A program made the position numbers and the translations under genes. A DNA stretch of 64,000 nucleotides, taken from positions 513 to 64,512 of the forward strand of contig DAINBU010000011.1 of the NCBI GenBank assembly GCA_036732755.1, written 5' to 3'. Of the stretch, positions 9,643-18,465 are shown in pieces; positions within the stretch are counted from its first letter, which is position 1; each line of letters starts with the position of its first letter. The notes below the pieces were generated by a model. That model was not told where the DNA came from, did not search any database, and was given only the letters and a program-made list of their open reading frames with translations. The stretch comes from Planctomycetota bacterium. GTDB lineage: Bacteria > Planctomycetota > B15-G4 > SIAN01.

Positions 9643-11308
9643 CGCGCGCGCGCCGCGGCCGCGGCCGCCGTTCCGTCTCGGCTTTTCCGCCCGTCTCGTC
9701 CTCCCCGCCGGTCTCGCCGGCGCCCTGCTCCTGTTCGGCGTCTGCGGCCCGCGTCCCGAGTCGGCTTCAGGCGCCGCGGCGCCGCGCCAGGAGGCGCCGC
9801 CGCTGCGCCCCGCCGCGCTCACGATCGCGCCGGGGATCCACCTGCTCGGCGGCGTCTCGCCGGCGGCGGCCTATGTCGTCGAGACGCCGGAGGGGCCGAT
9901 CGCGATCGACTCGGGGCTCGCCGACGACGCCGCGACGGTGCTCGCGGAGATGGGAGAGCTCGGCCTCGACGGGTCGAAGCTGCGCGCAGTCTTGGTGACG
10001 CACGTGCACGGCGACCACTGCGGCGGCGCGGCGAAGCTGCGCGCGCTCACGGGCGCGAAGATCCACGCCGGCGAGGGCGATGCGGCGGTGCTCGAGGCGG
10101 GCCGGCCGCGCGAGGCGTTCACCAGCACGTTCTACATGCCCGACTACGTGCCCCACCCGACGCCGGTCGACGTCGTGTTGAAGGGCGACACGACGCTCGC
10201 GTTCGGCGACGTGACGGTGCGTGCGCTCGCGACGCCGGGACACACGCCGGGCAGCACCTGCTACCTCGTCGAGCGCGCCGGCCGGAGAGCGCTCTTCGCC
10301 GGCGACGTGATCATGATGCTGCACGGCGACGCGACGGCGAAGGACGACCGCGGGCGGCCGCTCGGCACCTACTCGGCCTATCTCTCGCCGCGCTACCGCG
10401 GCGACGCGAAGACATTCCTCGCGTCGCTACGCAAGCTGCGCGCGCTGCCGGTGCCCGACCTCGTGCTGCCGGGCCATCCCGGAATGGAGCCCGAGCCGCG
10501 GTCGCCGCGCCTCGCGCAGGCCGACTGGGAGAAGCTCCTCGACGGCGGCGTGCGCGAGATGGAGGCGCTCCTCGCCCGTTACGAGAAGGATGGCGCCGAC
10601 TTCCTCGACGGGAACGCGAAGACGCTGCTGCCCGGCCTGCACTACCTCGGCGATCGCGACGGGACCGCCTGCTACGCGCTGCGCCAGAAGGAGCGGCTCT
10701 TCGTCGTCGACGCGCCGGGCGGGAGCGGCTTCGCCGACTTCGTCGCGGAGCGGTCGAAGGCGCTCGGCGCGGGCGACGCCGCGCCGGTTGCGCTGCTGCT
10801 CACGTCGTGCGACCCGGAGGCGACGGCCGGCCTCGCCGAGGCGGTCGCGCGCTGGCATCCGAAGGTGGTCGCCGCGACCGAAGGGCTCGCGTTCCTGAAG
10901 ACGCTGCTGCCCGCCGGGACCGAGCTGCTCGACGCCGCCGACCTCGCGTCGAAGCTCGGGATCGAGGCGACGGCGATCGCGCTGCGCGGGCGCGGCCGCG
11001 CGCCGGTCGCGTACCGCCTCGCGTGGGAGGGGCGCACGGTCCTGATCTCGGGAAGGATCCCGGTCGCGATCACGCCCGACCGCGGCGCGCGCCTCTTCGA
11101 CGACCTGCGCGCGGCGCCGGCGAACGCGACCGACTACCTCGCGTCGCTCAGCGCGCTGCGCGGCGTGAAGCCCGACCTCTGGCTCCCCGCGCTGCCGACC
11201 GAGGACCAGAACGCCAACCTCTACGACGACCGCTGGGAGCAGGTGGTCCAGGACAACTGGAGCGCGCTGCAGAAGTTCCTCCAGCTCCCTGGCGGACGGC
11301 CGAAATGA
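9617..11308 (+). CDS. Secreted MBL-fold metallo-hydrolase, two-domain
   Basis: Zinc-binding motif HVHGDHCGG (HxHxDH) and later PGHTPGS. The N-terminus has a basic n-region plus a hydrophobic stretch (LVLPAGLAGALLLFGVCG), consistent with a signal peptide. ATG at 9617 is the only canonical start in frame. It overlaps the upstream GT2 by 26 nt. Confidence 0.8.
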   Translation: MSRPSPRPDARAPRPRPPFRLGFSARLVLPAGLAGALLLFGVCGPRPESASGAAAPRQEAPPLRPAALTIAPGIHLLGGVSPAAAYVVETPEGPIAIDSGLADDAATVLAEMGELGLDGSKLRAVLVTHVHGDHCGGAAKLRALTGAKIHAGEGDAAVLEAGRPREAFTSTFYMPDYVPHPTPVDVVLKGDTTLAFGDVTVRALATPGHTPGSTCYLVERAGRRALFAGDVIMMLHGDATAKDDRGRPLGTYSAYLSPRYRGDAKTFLASLRKLRALPVPDLVLPGHPGMEPEPRSPRLAQADWEKLLDGGVREMEALLARYEKDGADFLDGNAKTLLPGLHYLGDRDGTACYALRQKERLFVVDAPGGSGFADFVAERSKALGAGDAAPVALLLTSCDPEATAGLAEAVARWHPKVVAATEGLAFLKTLLPAGTELLDAADLASKLGIEATAIALRGRGRAPVAYRLAWEGRTVLISGRIPVAITPDRGARLFDDLRAAPANATDYLASLSALRGVKPDLWLPALPTEDQNANLYDDRWEQVVQDNWSALQKFLQLPGGRPK

Positions 11309-11465
11309 GGGGGACGGGGGGCGGGACTTGCAGCGGACGAGGTCGCCGGTACGGTGGCGGCGCACTCGAGAGGTGCGAGAAGGCGACCTCGCCGCTGAAG
11401 TCCATCGTGAATCATCGCGAGCGTTGACGCCGATCCTGGTCGATTCCTCCGCGCTGCGAGAAACG

Positions 11466-13295
11466 ATGAGCCACTCCGCGTCGGTCGCGCTCCCGTCGGT
11501 CGCCCTCCTCGCCGCAGTCGCCGCCGCCGCCGTCCCGCTCGGGGCGTGCGACCGGTCCGTCGCGGGGGCCGCGCGCGCGCAAGGCCGCGTGCCGGTCTTC
11601 ACCGACGTCCTCGACGCGTCGGGCATCACCTTCCGCCACCACTTCATCGACAGCGAGAGCGGCAGCGGGTACCAGATCAACCCCTACGACCACGGCAGCG
11701 GCATCTGCATCGCCGACGTCGACGGCGACGGAAAGGACGACCTCTACTTCCTCGACTTCCTCGGCTCCGCGCAGCTCTACCGCAACCTCGGCGGGATGAA
11801 GTTCGAGGACGTCACCGCGAAGTCGGGCCTCGGCATCGATCGGGCACTCAAGGTCGGCGCCGCGTTCGGCGACTACGACGGGGATGGCGACGCCGACCTC
11901 TACGTCACGACCTACCGCGGCGGCAACCACCTGTTCCAGAACGACGGCCACGGCGTCTTCGCCGACGTCACGGCCAAGGCGGGCGTGGGGTACAAGGGCC
12001 ACTCGAGCTCGACGACCTGGTTCGACGCCGACAACGACGGCGACCTCGACCTCTTCCTCTGCAACATCGGGAAGTTCACGACCGACACGGTGAGCCAGGA
12101 GGCCGACTGGTTCTACCGGGGCGTCGCGCTCCCCTTCGAGGAGGTGGTCAAGACTCCGGACGCGCGCAACGCCGGCGAGGGGTGCATCCTCTGGCGCAAC
12201 AACGGCGACGGCACCTTCACCGACGCGACGAAGGCGGCCGGCGTCGCGTCGGCCTCGGAGTGGAACGGCGACGCGGCGGTCGCCGACATCGACCTCGACG
12301 GCGACCTCGACCTCTACGTCTCCGACATGTTCGGCCCCAACCACCTGTTCAAGAACAAGGGCGACGGCACGTTCGAGGACGTGACCGACGCGGCGCTGAA
12401 GCGCACCAGCTGGGGCGGCATGGGGGCGCGCTTCTTCGACGCGAACGGCGACGAGTACCCCGACCTCTACGTCGTCGACATGCACTCCGACATGTGGGCG
12501 ACCACCACCGAGAAGCCCGAGTCGCACCAGCGCGTGAAGTACAACTCGCCGCTCGGGCTCGCGGTGCCGGGCGGGAAGGCGATCGCGTCGGCCGACGAGA
12601 CCAAGGCGAAGACCGTCCTGTTCGGGAACACGTTCTTCTTGAACAAGGGCGACGGGACGTTCGTCGAGAAGTCGGCCGAGGCGGGACTCGAGACGTGGTG
12701 GCCGTGGGGCATCGCCGCCGGCGACTTCAACGACGACGGCGCCGAGGACCTCTTCGTCACGGCCGGGATGGGCTTCCCCTACTACTACTGGCCCAACCAG
12801 TTCCTGCTGAACGACGGCGCCGGCAAGTTCGACGACTTCACGATCGGCGCGAAGCTGAACGTCCCGTCCAAGGGCGTGAAGATCGAGGGGCTCGAGATCA
12901 GCGGCCAGAAGGTCCACCGCAGCTCGCGCGCGGCGGCGGTGGGCGACCTCGACGGCGACGGCGACCTCGACCTCGTGGTCAACAACTTCAACCACGAGCC
13001 CTACCTCTACCGCAACGACGCGGCGAAGGGACGCTCGTTGCGCCTCGACGTCCGCGACGCGCGCAAGGGGCCGGCGTACGGCGCGCGCGTCAAGGTCACC
13101 GCCGGCGGGAAGACCTTCTCCCGCCAGGTCGTGAACGCGCAGGGCTACCTGACGCAGTCGTCGCCGGTCCTGCACATCGGGCTCGGCGCGCTCGAGAGCG
13201 TCGACAAGGTCGAGGTGTGGTGGCCGGGCAAGAAGGCGCCGCAGGTGGTCGAGCACCCGCCGCTCGACAAGGTCGTCCGGATCGACCCGAAGTAG
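11466..13295 (+). CDS. CRTAC1-family lipoprotein (FG-GAP/VCBS repeats plus ASPIC/UnbV C-terminal domain)
   Basis: ATG at 11466 gives MSHSASVALPSVALLAAVAAAAVPLGACDRS, with an L-G-A-C lipobox. Repeated DVDGDG/DYDGDGDADLYV/DADNDGDLDLFL motifs follow. The C-terminus has the GLGALESVDKVEVWWPGKK motif typical of the UnbV_ASPIC domain. Opposite-strand ORF 11412..13256 is shadow. Confidence 0.85.
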   Translation: MSHSASVALPSVALLAAVAAAAVPLGACDRSVAGAARAQGRVPVFTDVLDASGITFRHHFIDSESGSGYQINPYDHGSGICIADVDGDGKDDLYFLDFLGSAQLYRNLGGMKFEDVTAKSGLGIDRALKVGAAFGDYDGDGDADLYVTTYRGGNHLFQNDGHGVFADVTAKAGVGYKGHSSSTTWFDADNDGDLDLFLCNIGKFTTDTVSQEADWFYRGVALPFEEVVKTPDARNAGEGCILWRNNGDGTFTDATKAAGVASASEWNGDAAVADIDLDGDLDLYVSDMFGPNHLFKNKGDGTFEDVTDAALKRTSWGGMGARFFDANGDEYPDLYVVDMHSDMWATTTEKPESHQRVKYNSPLGLAVPGGKAIASADETKAKTVLFGNTFFLNKGDGTFVEKSAEAGLETWWPWGIAAGDFNDDGAEDLFVTAGMGFPYYYWPNQFLLNDGAGKFDDFTIGAKLNVPSKGVKIEGLEISGQKVHRSSRAAAVGDLDGDGDLDLVVNNFNHEPYLYRNDAAKGRSLRLDVRDARKGPAYGARVKVTAGGKTFSRQVVNAQGYLTQSSPVLHIGLGALESVDKVEVWWPGKKAPQVVEHPPLDKVVRIDPK

Positions 13296-13340
13296 CCCTC
13301 GGTCGCGGCGCTCCTTTCCGCGGCCGACGGGAACCGAGGC

Positions 13341-14843
13341 TCAGAGCGCGGACGCCGGCGCGAAGTCGACGAGGTAGCGCGTCCCCTCCGGCGACGGGAA
13401 GTCGATCTCGACCCAGAAGCGGCGGCCCGCGAGATCGCCGTCGAGCACCGGCCGGAAGATCAGCGCGTCGCCGTTCGAGCCGTGGTAGTCGAGCGGAAGC
13501 GGCGTCCGCGCCTGCACGAAGTTCTCATCCATCACGTAGACGCGCACGCCCTCCGCTCCGAGGTCGGACGGAACGTCGCCCTGGCTGAAGAAGGAGCAGT
13601 GCCAGGCCTCCTTCGCGTCGAAGTGGCGCGCCGACATCCATCCGGCCGCGGGCCACGGGACGATCGCCGGCATCGGTTCCAGCGCACGGCTGCGATCGAG
13701 CGACCACATCGCGGAGTAGTGCTCCGCCCGGCCGAAGCCGGTGAGCTGCAGCCCGGGGTGGATGCAGTTGCGGCGGTGGCCGACGCGATCGATGTTCGAG
13801 TCGTCGGAGTCGTTCATGTAGGAGTCGACCGACCGCGCCAGATCGGCGACCGCGGCCGGATCGGTCGACATGTGGAGGTTCGAGTGCGACGTGCTGGTGT
13901 ACCCGTCGCGGTATTCGTCGTCCGGCACGCCCGGATTCGGCGGCGTGTGCTCGAGATGGCCGACCCGTTCGAGCAGGCGGCCGGCGCAGTCGCAGTAGTA
14001 GTCGTAGGCGGGCGCGAGCTCGACGTCCCGCCATGCGACGTTGGCGAGGAGCCGGTACTCCTGCAGCCGCTTCAGCGCGGCGAACCGCTGGGCGTACTGC
14101 GTGTCGTCCGCGGGCGCATAGCCCGGGGGGACCGGCAGCGTCGGGCGGCCGCGCGCCCCCGCCTTCGCGCCCTTCCCCTTCTCCTTGCCGCTCTTCGGCG
14201 CCGGCTTGGGCGCAGGTTTCGTCCCCGCCTTCGGCTCCGGCTCCACGGATCTCGGGGCGACCGACGCCGGAGTCTGCCCGCGGATCGTCGCGAGCTCCGC
14301 CCTGATCTTCTCGAGGGTCTGCGGATACGGCGCGATGCCCATCAGGTCGATCAGCGCGCCCCGCTTCCAGACCTGCCGGCTCGCCGCCGCGCCGTCGCGC
14401 CAGAGCGTCCGCTTGCCGTCGAGCGCTCCGTCGGCGTAGTTCGCCTCGACGAGCGGCTTGCCGTCCGCGCCCGTCTCGACGAACGATCCCTGGAGCTTGC
14501 CGCGCGCGTAGCGCGTCACGACGTGCTTCGCGCCGCTCTCATGGAAGCTCGCGTACGAGCCGTCGATCGCGCCGTGCTCGTACCAGGTCCGGACGGCGGC
14601 CTTGCCGTTCTCCCACCACTCCTGGTAGTCGCCCTGCAGCTTGCCGTCGGGGTCGAGCTTGTAGCGCCGGCGCGGCGAGCCGTCGGGCCACGCCTCGATG
14701 ATCTCGTCGCCCGGCGCTTCGGCATGCACGGCGGGGCCAGCGACCGCGAACGGCTCCCGAGCGCGCGCCGCCGCCCCCGCGACGAGGGGGAGCAGCGCGA
14801 GGAACGATCGTGCGACCGCCGGCGTGCGGCGCCTCTCCTTCAA
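13341..14843 (-). CDS. Secreted protein with MORN-variant (YwqK-like) repeats, a Pro/Lys linker and a C-terminal CAP/SCP/PR-1-like domain (tentative)
   Basis: This is the C-terminal 500 aa of the 1169-aa track ORF. Start is proposed as TTG at 14843, preceded by GGAGGAAG 5 nt upstream, giving the signal peptide M-KERRRTPAVARSFLALLPLVAGAAARA. Repeats read YKLDPDGKLQGDYQEWWENGK..YEHGAIDGSYASFHESG..ARGKLQGSF. The C-terminal domain has blocks reminiscent of CAP motifs (EYR, CDCAG, HRRNCIHPG, HYSAMW). Confidence 0.6.
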   Translation of the reverse strand: MKERRRTPAVARSFLALLPLVAGAAARAREPFAVAGPAVHAEAPGDEIIEAWPDGSPRRRYKLDPDGKLQGDYQEWWENGKAAVRTWYEHGAIDGSYASFHESGAKHVVTRYARGKLQGSFVETGADGKPLVEANYADGALDGKRTLWRDGAAASRQVWKRGALIDLMGIAPYPQTLEKIRAELATIRGQTPASVAPRSVEPEPKAGTKPAPKPAPKSGKEKGKGAKAGARGRPTLPVPPGYAPADDTQYAQRFAALKRLQEYRLLANVAWRDVELAPAYDYYCDCAGRLLERVGHLEHTPPNPGVPDDEYRDGYTSTSHSNLHMSTDPAAVADLARSVDSYMNDSDDSNIDRVGHRRNCIHPGLQLTGFGRAEHYSAMWSLDRSRALEPMPAIVPWPAAGWMSARHFDAKEAWHCSFFSQGDVPSDLGAEGVRVYVMDENFVQARTPLPLDYHGSNGDALIFRPVLDGDLAGRRFWVEIDFPSPEGTRYLVDFAPASAL

Positions 14844-14869
14844 TCGGGCTTCCTCCGCGCCGGTCGATC

Positions 14870-16405
14870 CTACTTCACGCCGGACGCCGCGCTCTTCTTC
14901 CCGATCTCGAGGTCGAGCGCGTCGGTTTGCAGCGCGTCGAGCATCCGGACGATCACGCGCACGACACGGCGGATCTTGTCGCAGTCGATCTTCTCGGGCT
15001 TGTCGCTCGGCTTGTGGTAGTCGGCGTGCTCGCCGTTGAAGAGGAGGGTGATCGGGATGCCGAGGCGGGCGAACATCGCGTGGTCGGAGCGCTGGTAGTA
15101 CTCGTCGGCGCTCTTCACCTCGGTGAAGCCCTCCTCGGCGAAGAACGACTCGGCCAGCTTGGTGAGCCCGTTGTAGGCCGGGTGCTGCGCGGTCGGCGTG
15201 ATCAGGATCTGGTGCTTCGCGTTGCGGCCGATCATGTCGATGTTGATGTCGGCGACGGCGCGGCCGCCGTTGGGGAAGTAGGGGCGGTCCGACCAGGCGC
15301 GCGATCCGTAGAGCCCCTTCTCCTCGCCCGATACCCAGAGGATCATCACGGAGCGGCGCAGCGGCCCGTGCTCGACGAGCGCCTCCGCCAGCGCGAGCAG
15401 CCCGCACGTCCCCGACCCGTTGTCGTCGGCGCCGTTGTAGATCGTCCCGTCCTCGCTCGTGCCGAGGTGGTCTTAGTGGGCCGAGCAGAGGATCACCTCC
15501 TTCGACAGCTCCGGATCGCTGCCGGGCCAGAAGCCGCAGACGTCCTCGCACACGATCTCGGCGTCGGGCGCGATCTTGCGCGCGTCCTCGAGCACGACCT
15601 TCAGGTCGTCGCCGGCCTTGGGCTCGGACACGTCGGCGTACGCGAAGAGCTTGTCGCGCCCGGCCGCCGACAGCGAGACGCGCGGCCGCCCGCGCGCCGG
15701 CGCGGCCGCGTCCGCCGCGCCCTTCGCGGGCGGGTACTCGACGCTTCCCTTGCGCAGCCGCGGGACGATGCGCGCGAGCCGGCGCCAGTCGCCCTTGCTG
15801 CCGGGCGCCGGCGCCGTGACGAGGCCGATCGCCTTCGCCTCCTCGAGGCTGCGCTCGAGGTCGCGCGAGCGGTCGTTGGTCTCCCAGGCGAGCGCCCACT
15901 TGCCGGCGAGCTCGCTGCGCTTGAACTCCTCGGGCGTGCCGGCGCCGACGCAGACGATGCCGCCGGTCGTCGTCATTTCCTGGAGGTCGAAGAAGACGTA
16001 GTCGTCGCCGAGCGCGAGCGCGCGCGGCTCGTCTTCCGGCCGCGGGTCGGGGTAGCGCAACGTCGCATGGGTCCCGGGCTCCGCGACGCGCTTGCGCAGC
16101 AGCGGATAGGGATAGAGGAAGAGGTCGTTGGGGGCGCCGGGCTTGAAGCCGAGGCGCTGCAGCCGGTTCTGGATGAAGCGCGCGGCGACGCGCTGCCCGT
16201 TGCTCGGGGTGTCGCGCCCGCCGAGCTCGTCCGACGCGATGAAGAAGATGTCGTGGCGGATCTCGTCGGAGGTCACCGTGTCGAGCGCGCGCGTGAGCGG
16301 CGCCGGCGGCGGGACGACGGAGGCGGGCGCCTGCGCGAACGCGGCGGCACCGGCCGCAGCGAGGAGCACGAAGGCGGTCGCGGAACGACGCACGATCTGC
16401 GACAT
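14870..16405 (-). pseudogene. M28-family aminopeptidase (PA domain plus M28 catalytic domain) interrupted by one in-frame TAA at 15473-15475
   Basis: Two same-frame track ORFs (15473..16405 and 14870..15349) together give a full M28 peptidase. It has a signal peptide (MSQIVRRSATAFVLLAAAGAAAFAQA), an HLD motif, DDNGSGTCGLLALAE, the NIDMIG motif and a conserved SDH near the C-terminus. The TAA falls exactly where the conserved Leu of the AH-L-D zinc-ligand motif is expected (..LCSAH*DHLGT..). Confidence 0.6.
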
Positions 16406-16516
16406 GGGGTTCGACCTCGCGAGGAGCCGCCGCGGGAGCGGGCGAAGCGGACCATCCTACGCCCGTCCGGCCGCGCCGTTCCCCGCGCGCAGTTCCGGCT
16501 GCCGTTCCCGCGCGCG

Positions 16517-17434
16517 TCACTCCTGCTTCAGGACCTTGAGCTGCCCGGCGAGCTCCTTGTCGTCGGGGAAAATGGCGACCCCGTCGCGCAGCGTCTGCAG
16601 CGCCTTGTCGCGGTGGCCCACGCGCAGGTACATGCGCGAGAGGTGGGCGTAGGTTCGGGCGAAGCGCGGATTGGAGTTCGACCCGCCCTGGAGCGCGACC
16701 AGGCCCTCGAGCGAGGCGATCACCTCGGGCGTCTTCCCCTCCGACTCGGGGTAGTAGGTGAGGTACTCGGCGCGCTCGAAGCGCGGCTCCCAATACTGCG
16801 GGTCGAGGTCGGCCGCCTTCTGCCACGCGTCGAGCGCGAGGTCGCCCCACTTCTCGTATCCGGCCGGCGTCGACTCGCGCATGACGCGCGTGCAGTACGC
16901 CTTCGCCAGCGCGTAGCGGGCGTGCGCGTCGGCCGGGTCCTTTTCGACCAGCGCGAGCAGCGCCGCGATCGCCGCGTCGTCCTCGCCCGCGGCCGCCGCC
17001 TCCTTCAGCAGCTGCGCGAGCTCCTTCGCCGGCAGTCCGGCGCGCAGCAGCGCCTCGAACTTCGGCTCGAGGCGCGCCGTCGCCGCGGCGAGCGCCGAGG
17101 CGAGCGCCGCGCGCTTCTCCGCCTCGGGATCCTTCGCTTCCGGCGTCGGCGCGGAATGCGTCGCGGCCGCATCGCCGTCGCGCGCGCCTTCGCGCTGCTC
17201 GACGCGGTCGGGGAGGCGCGCCGCCCCCTCCGGCCGCTGCTCGAGCTGCAAAACGCGCTGCCGCATCGTGTCGAAGTCGGCGGCGAGCGCCTCGAGCGAG
17301 CGGGCGAGCCGGTGCTCGCCGTCGCCTCCCGGCGCGATCGGACCCGTCGCGGTGCGCGCGACGGCGAAGGCTCCGGCGAGACCGCCGAGCCCGAAGGTGC
17401 AGAGGACGAGGCTGCCGATGCGGGACGGGACCAT
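16517..17434 (-). CDS. Membrane-anchored TPR-like repeat protein
   Basis: ATG at 17434 with GCAGGAG upstream. An N-terminal hydrophobic helix (IGSLVLCTFGLGGLAGAFAVA) is followed by helical repeats of TPR character (YALAKAYCTRVM.., HLSRMYLRVGHRDKALQTL). It lies 14 nt downstream of the HTH gene, in the same operon. Confidence 0.7.
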   Translation of the reverse strand: MVPSRIGSLVLCTFGLGGLAGAFAVARTATGPIAPGGDGEHRLARSLEALAADFDTMRQRVLQLEQRPEGAARLPDRVEQREGARDGDAAATHSAPTPEAKDPEAEKRAALASALAAATARLEPKFEALLRAGLPAKELAQLLKEAAAAGEDDAAIAALLALVEKDPADAHARYALAKAYCTRVMRESTPAGYEKWGDLALDAWQKAADLDPQYWEPRFERAEYLTYYPESEGKTPEVIASLEGLVALQGGSNSNPRFARTYAHLSRMYLRVGHRDKALQTLRDGVAIFPDDKELAGQLKVLKQE

Positions 17435-17447
17435 GGCGAACTCCTGC

Positions 17448-17741
17448 TCACTCGCCGAGGAGCTGCTTCAGGCGGCGGACGTGGGCGACCAGCGCCGCGC
17501 GTCCCTCCTTGGTGAGCGAGAACGTGGTGACCGGCTTCTTGTCGACGAACCGCTTGTCGACCGCGACGTAGCCCGCCTCCTCGAGCTTGCGCGCGTGCAC
17601 GCCGAGGTTCCCCTGCGTGAGGCGCAGCAGCTCCTTCAGCTGCGTGAACTCGGCGTCGTGGTGCACCAGCGCCGACACGATCGCGAGCCGGACCCGCGAC
17701 GTGAGCACCGGATCGAAATCGAACGGGTCAGCCTTCGGCAT
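17448..17741 (-). CDS. Winged-helix transcriptional regulator (HTH_34 / PF13601-like)
   Basis: RLAIVSALVHHDAEFTQLKELLRLTQGNLGVHARKLEEAGYVAVDKRFVDKKPVTTFSLTKEGRAAL matches the winged-helix DNA-binding family that is usually paired with a small membrane protein. Confidence 0.8.
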   Translation of the reverse strand: MPKADPFDFDPVLTSRVRLAIVSALVHHDAEFTQLKELLRLTQGNLGVHARKLEEAGYVAVDKRFVDKKPVTTFSLTKEGRAALVAHVRRLKQLLGE

Positions 17742-18369
17742 GGAGCGGGTCGACGTCGGCCGCGTCCGCCGGCTCGCGGCGCAAGCGCGCGACGCGCCGC
17801 TCGGCGATCGTGCCGGCCACGATGCAGCCGAGCCCCATCGCCGGCCCGAGCAGGTAGCCCGACTGGTCGACCCAGTGCAGCGCGGCGAGCGTCGCGAGCA
17901 GGCTCGGCAGTCCGCAGAAGAAGAACTCGCGCGAGTAGATCACGCCGAGCGTCATCAGCATGAGCGCGTAGAGCAGCCCCCAGACGTGCGGGACGTAACG
18001 GCCTCCCCCGCTGGGCGAGAGCATCGGCACCGCGAACGACAGGACCACGCCGGTCACGATGAAGATCGCGGTCAGCTGCCCGAGCCGCCGCGCGAGCAGC
18101 GTGTTGGTCGCGGCGAGCCGCGGGTGCCGGCCGTGCCGCCACCCGAGGAACCCCGAGATCAGCACGCCGCCGCCGATGGCGACCAGGCTCACGGTGAGGC
18201 AGGCGCGTCCCCGCCCGGCCGCCTGGAGCCACGACATCAGCGGGTACCAGACGAGCACGATCGTCCCCCAGACGATCATGTGGAACATCTGCGGGTCGAC
18301 GCGCCGGCGCGTCTGCTCCAGCACGCGACCGATCAGCTCGAGATCCCGCGCGGCCTGCTCGCGATCCAT
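17728..18369 (-). CDS. Integral membrane protein (4-5 transmembrane helices), partner of the HTH_34 regulator
   Basis: ATG at 18369. Hydrophobic helices include IVWGTIVLVWYPLMSWL, LTVSLVAIGGGVLISGFLGW, LTAIFIVTGVVLSFAVPML, GLLYALMLMTLGVIY and LPSLLATLAALHWV. It overlaps the regulator gene by 14 nt. Confidence 0.7.
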   Translation of the reverse strand: MDREQAARDLELIGRVLEQTRRRVDPQMFHMIVWGTIVLVWYPLMSWLQAAGRGRACLTVSLVAIGGGVLISGFLGWRHGRHPRLAATNTLLARRLGQLTAIFIVTGVVLSFAVPMLSPSGGGRYVPHVWGLLYALMLMTLGVIYSREFFFCGLPSLLATLAALHWVDQSGYLLGPAMGLGCIVAGTIAERRVARLRREPADAADVDPLHAEG

Positions 18370-18411
18370 GCTTCGCTCCCGTTCCGCGCGGCCGCCCCTC
18401 CGGGCCGAGTG

Positions 18412-18433
18412 GTCTGAAAAACAGACTAGTCTG
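18412..18433. promoter_or_regulatory. Candidate operator: GTCTG-N5-CAGAC-N2-GTCTG palindromic triplet in an AT-rich patch
   Basis: GTCTGAAAAACAGACTAGTCTG lies 43-64 nt upstream of the membrane-protein / HTH_34 / TPR operon start (18369). It is the only low-GC patch in this intergenic region. CAGACTAGTCTG is a perfect palindrome. Confidence 0.4.
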
Positions 18434-18465
18434 CCAAGCGCGGATCCGCAAGGGGGGCGGGGCGG

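Noticed and set aside
9617-9750. Lipoprotein assignment for the MBL-fold hydrolase
   Set aside because: LFGVC does not fit the [LVI][ASTVI][GAS]C lipobox. It was called a general signal peptide instead.
7170-9822. 417-aa + and 720-aa - ORFs across the SGNH and GT2 genes
   Set aside because: Shadow ORFs without motifs. The SGNH (GDS) and GT2 frames explain the region.
11412-13588. 614-aa - and 680-aa + ORFs overlapping the CRTAC1 gene
   Set aside because: Antisense or offset frames of a clearly assigned gene.
15473-15475. TAA as a site for selenocysteine or pyrrolysine
   Set aside because: Sec uses UGA and Pyl uses UAG. The conserved residue at this position is Leu in a zinc-ligand motif.
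14810-17515. 901-aa + ORF
   Set aside because: Antisense to the M28 peptidase and TPR genes. It has poly-Arg/Val/Ala/Glu composition.
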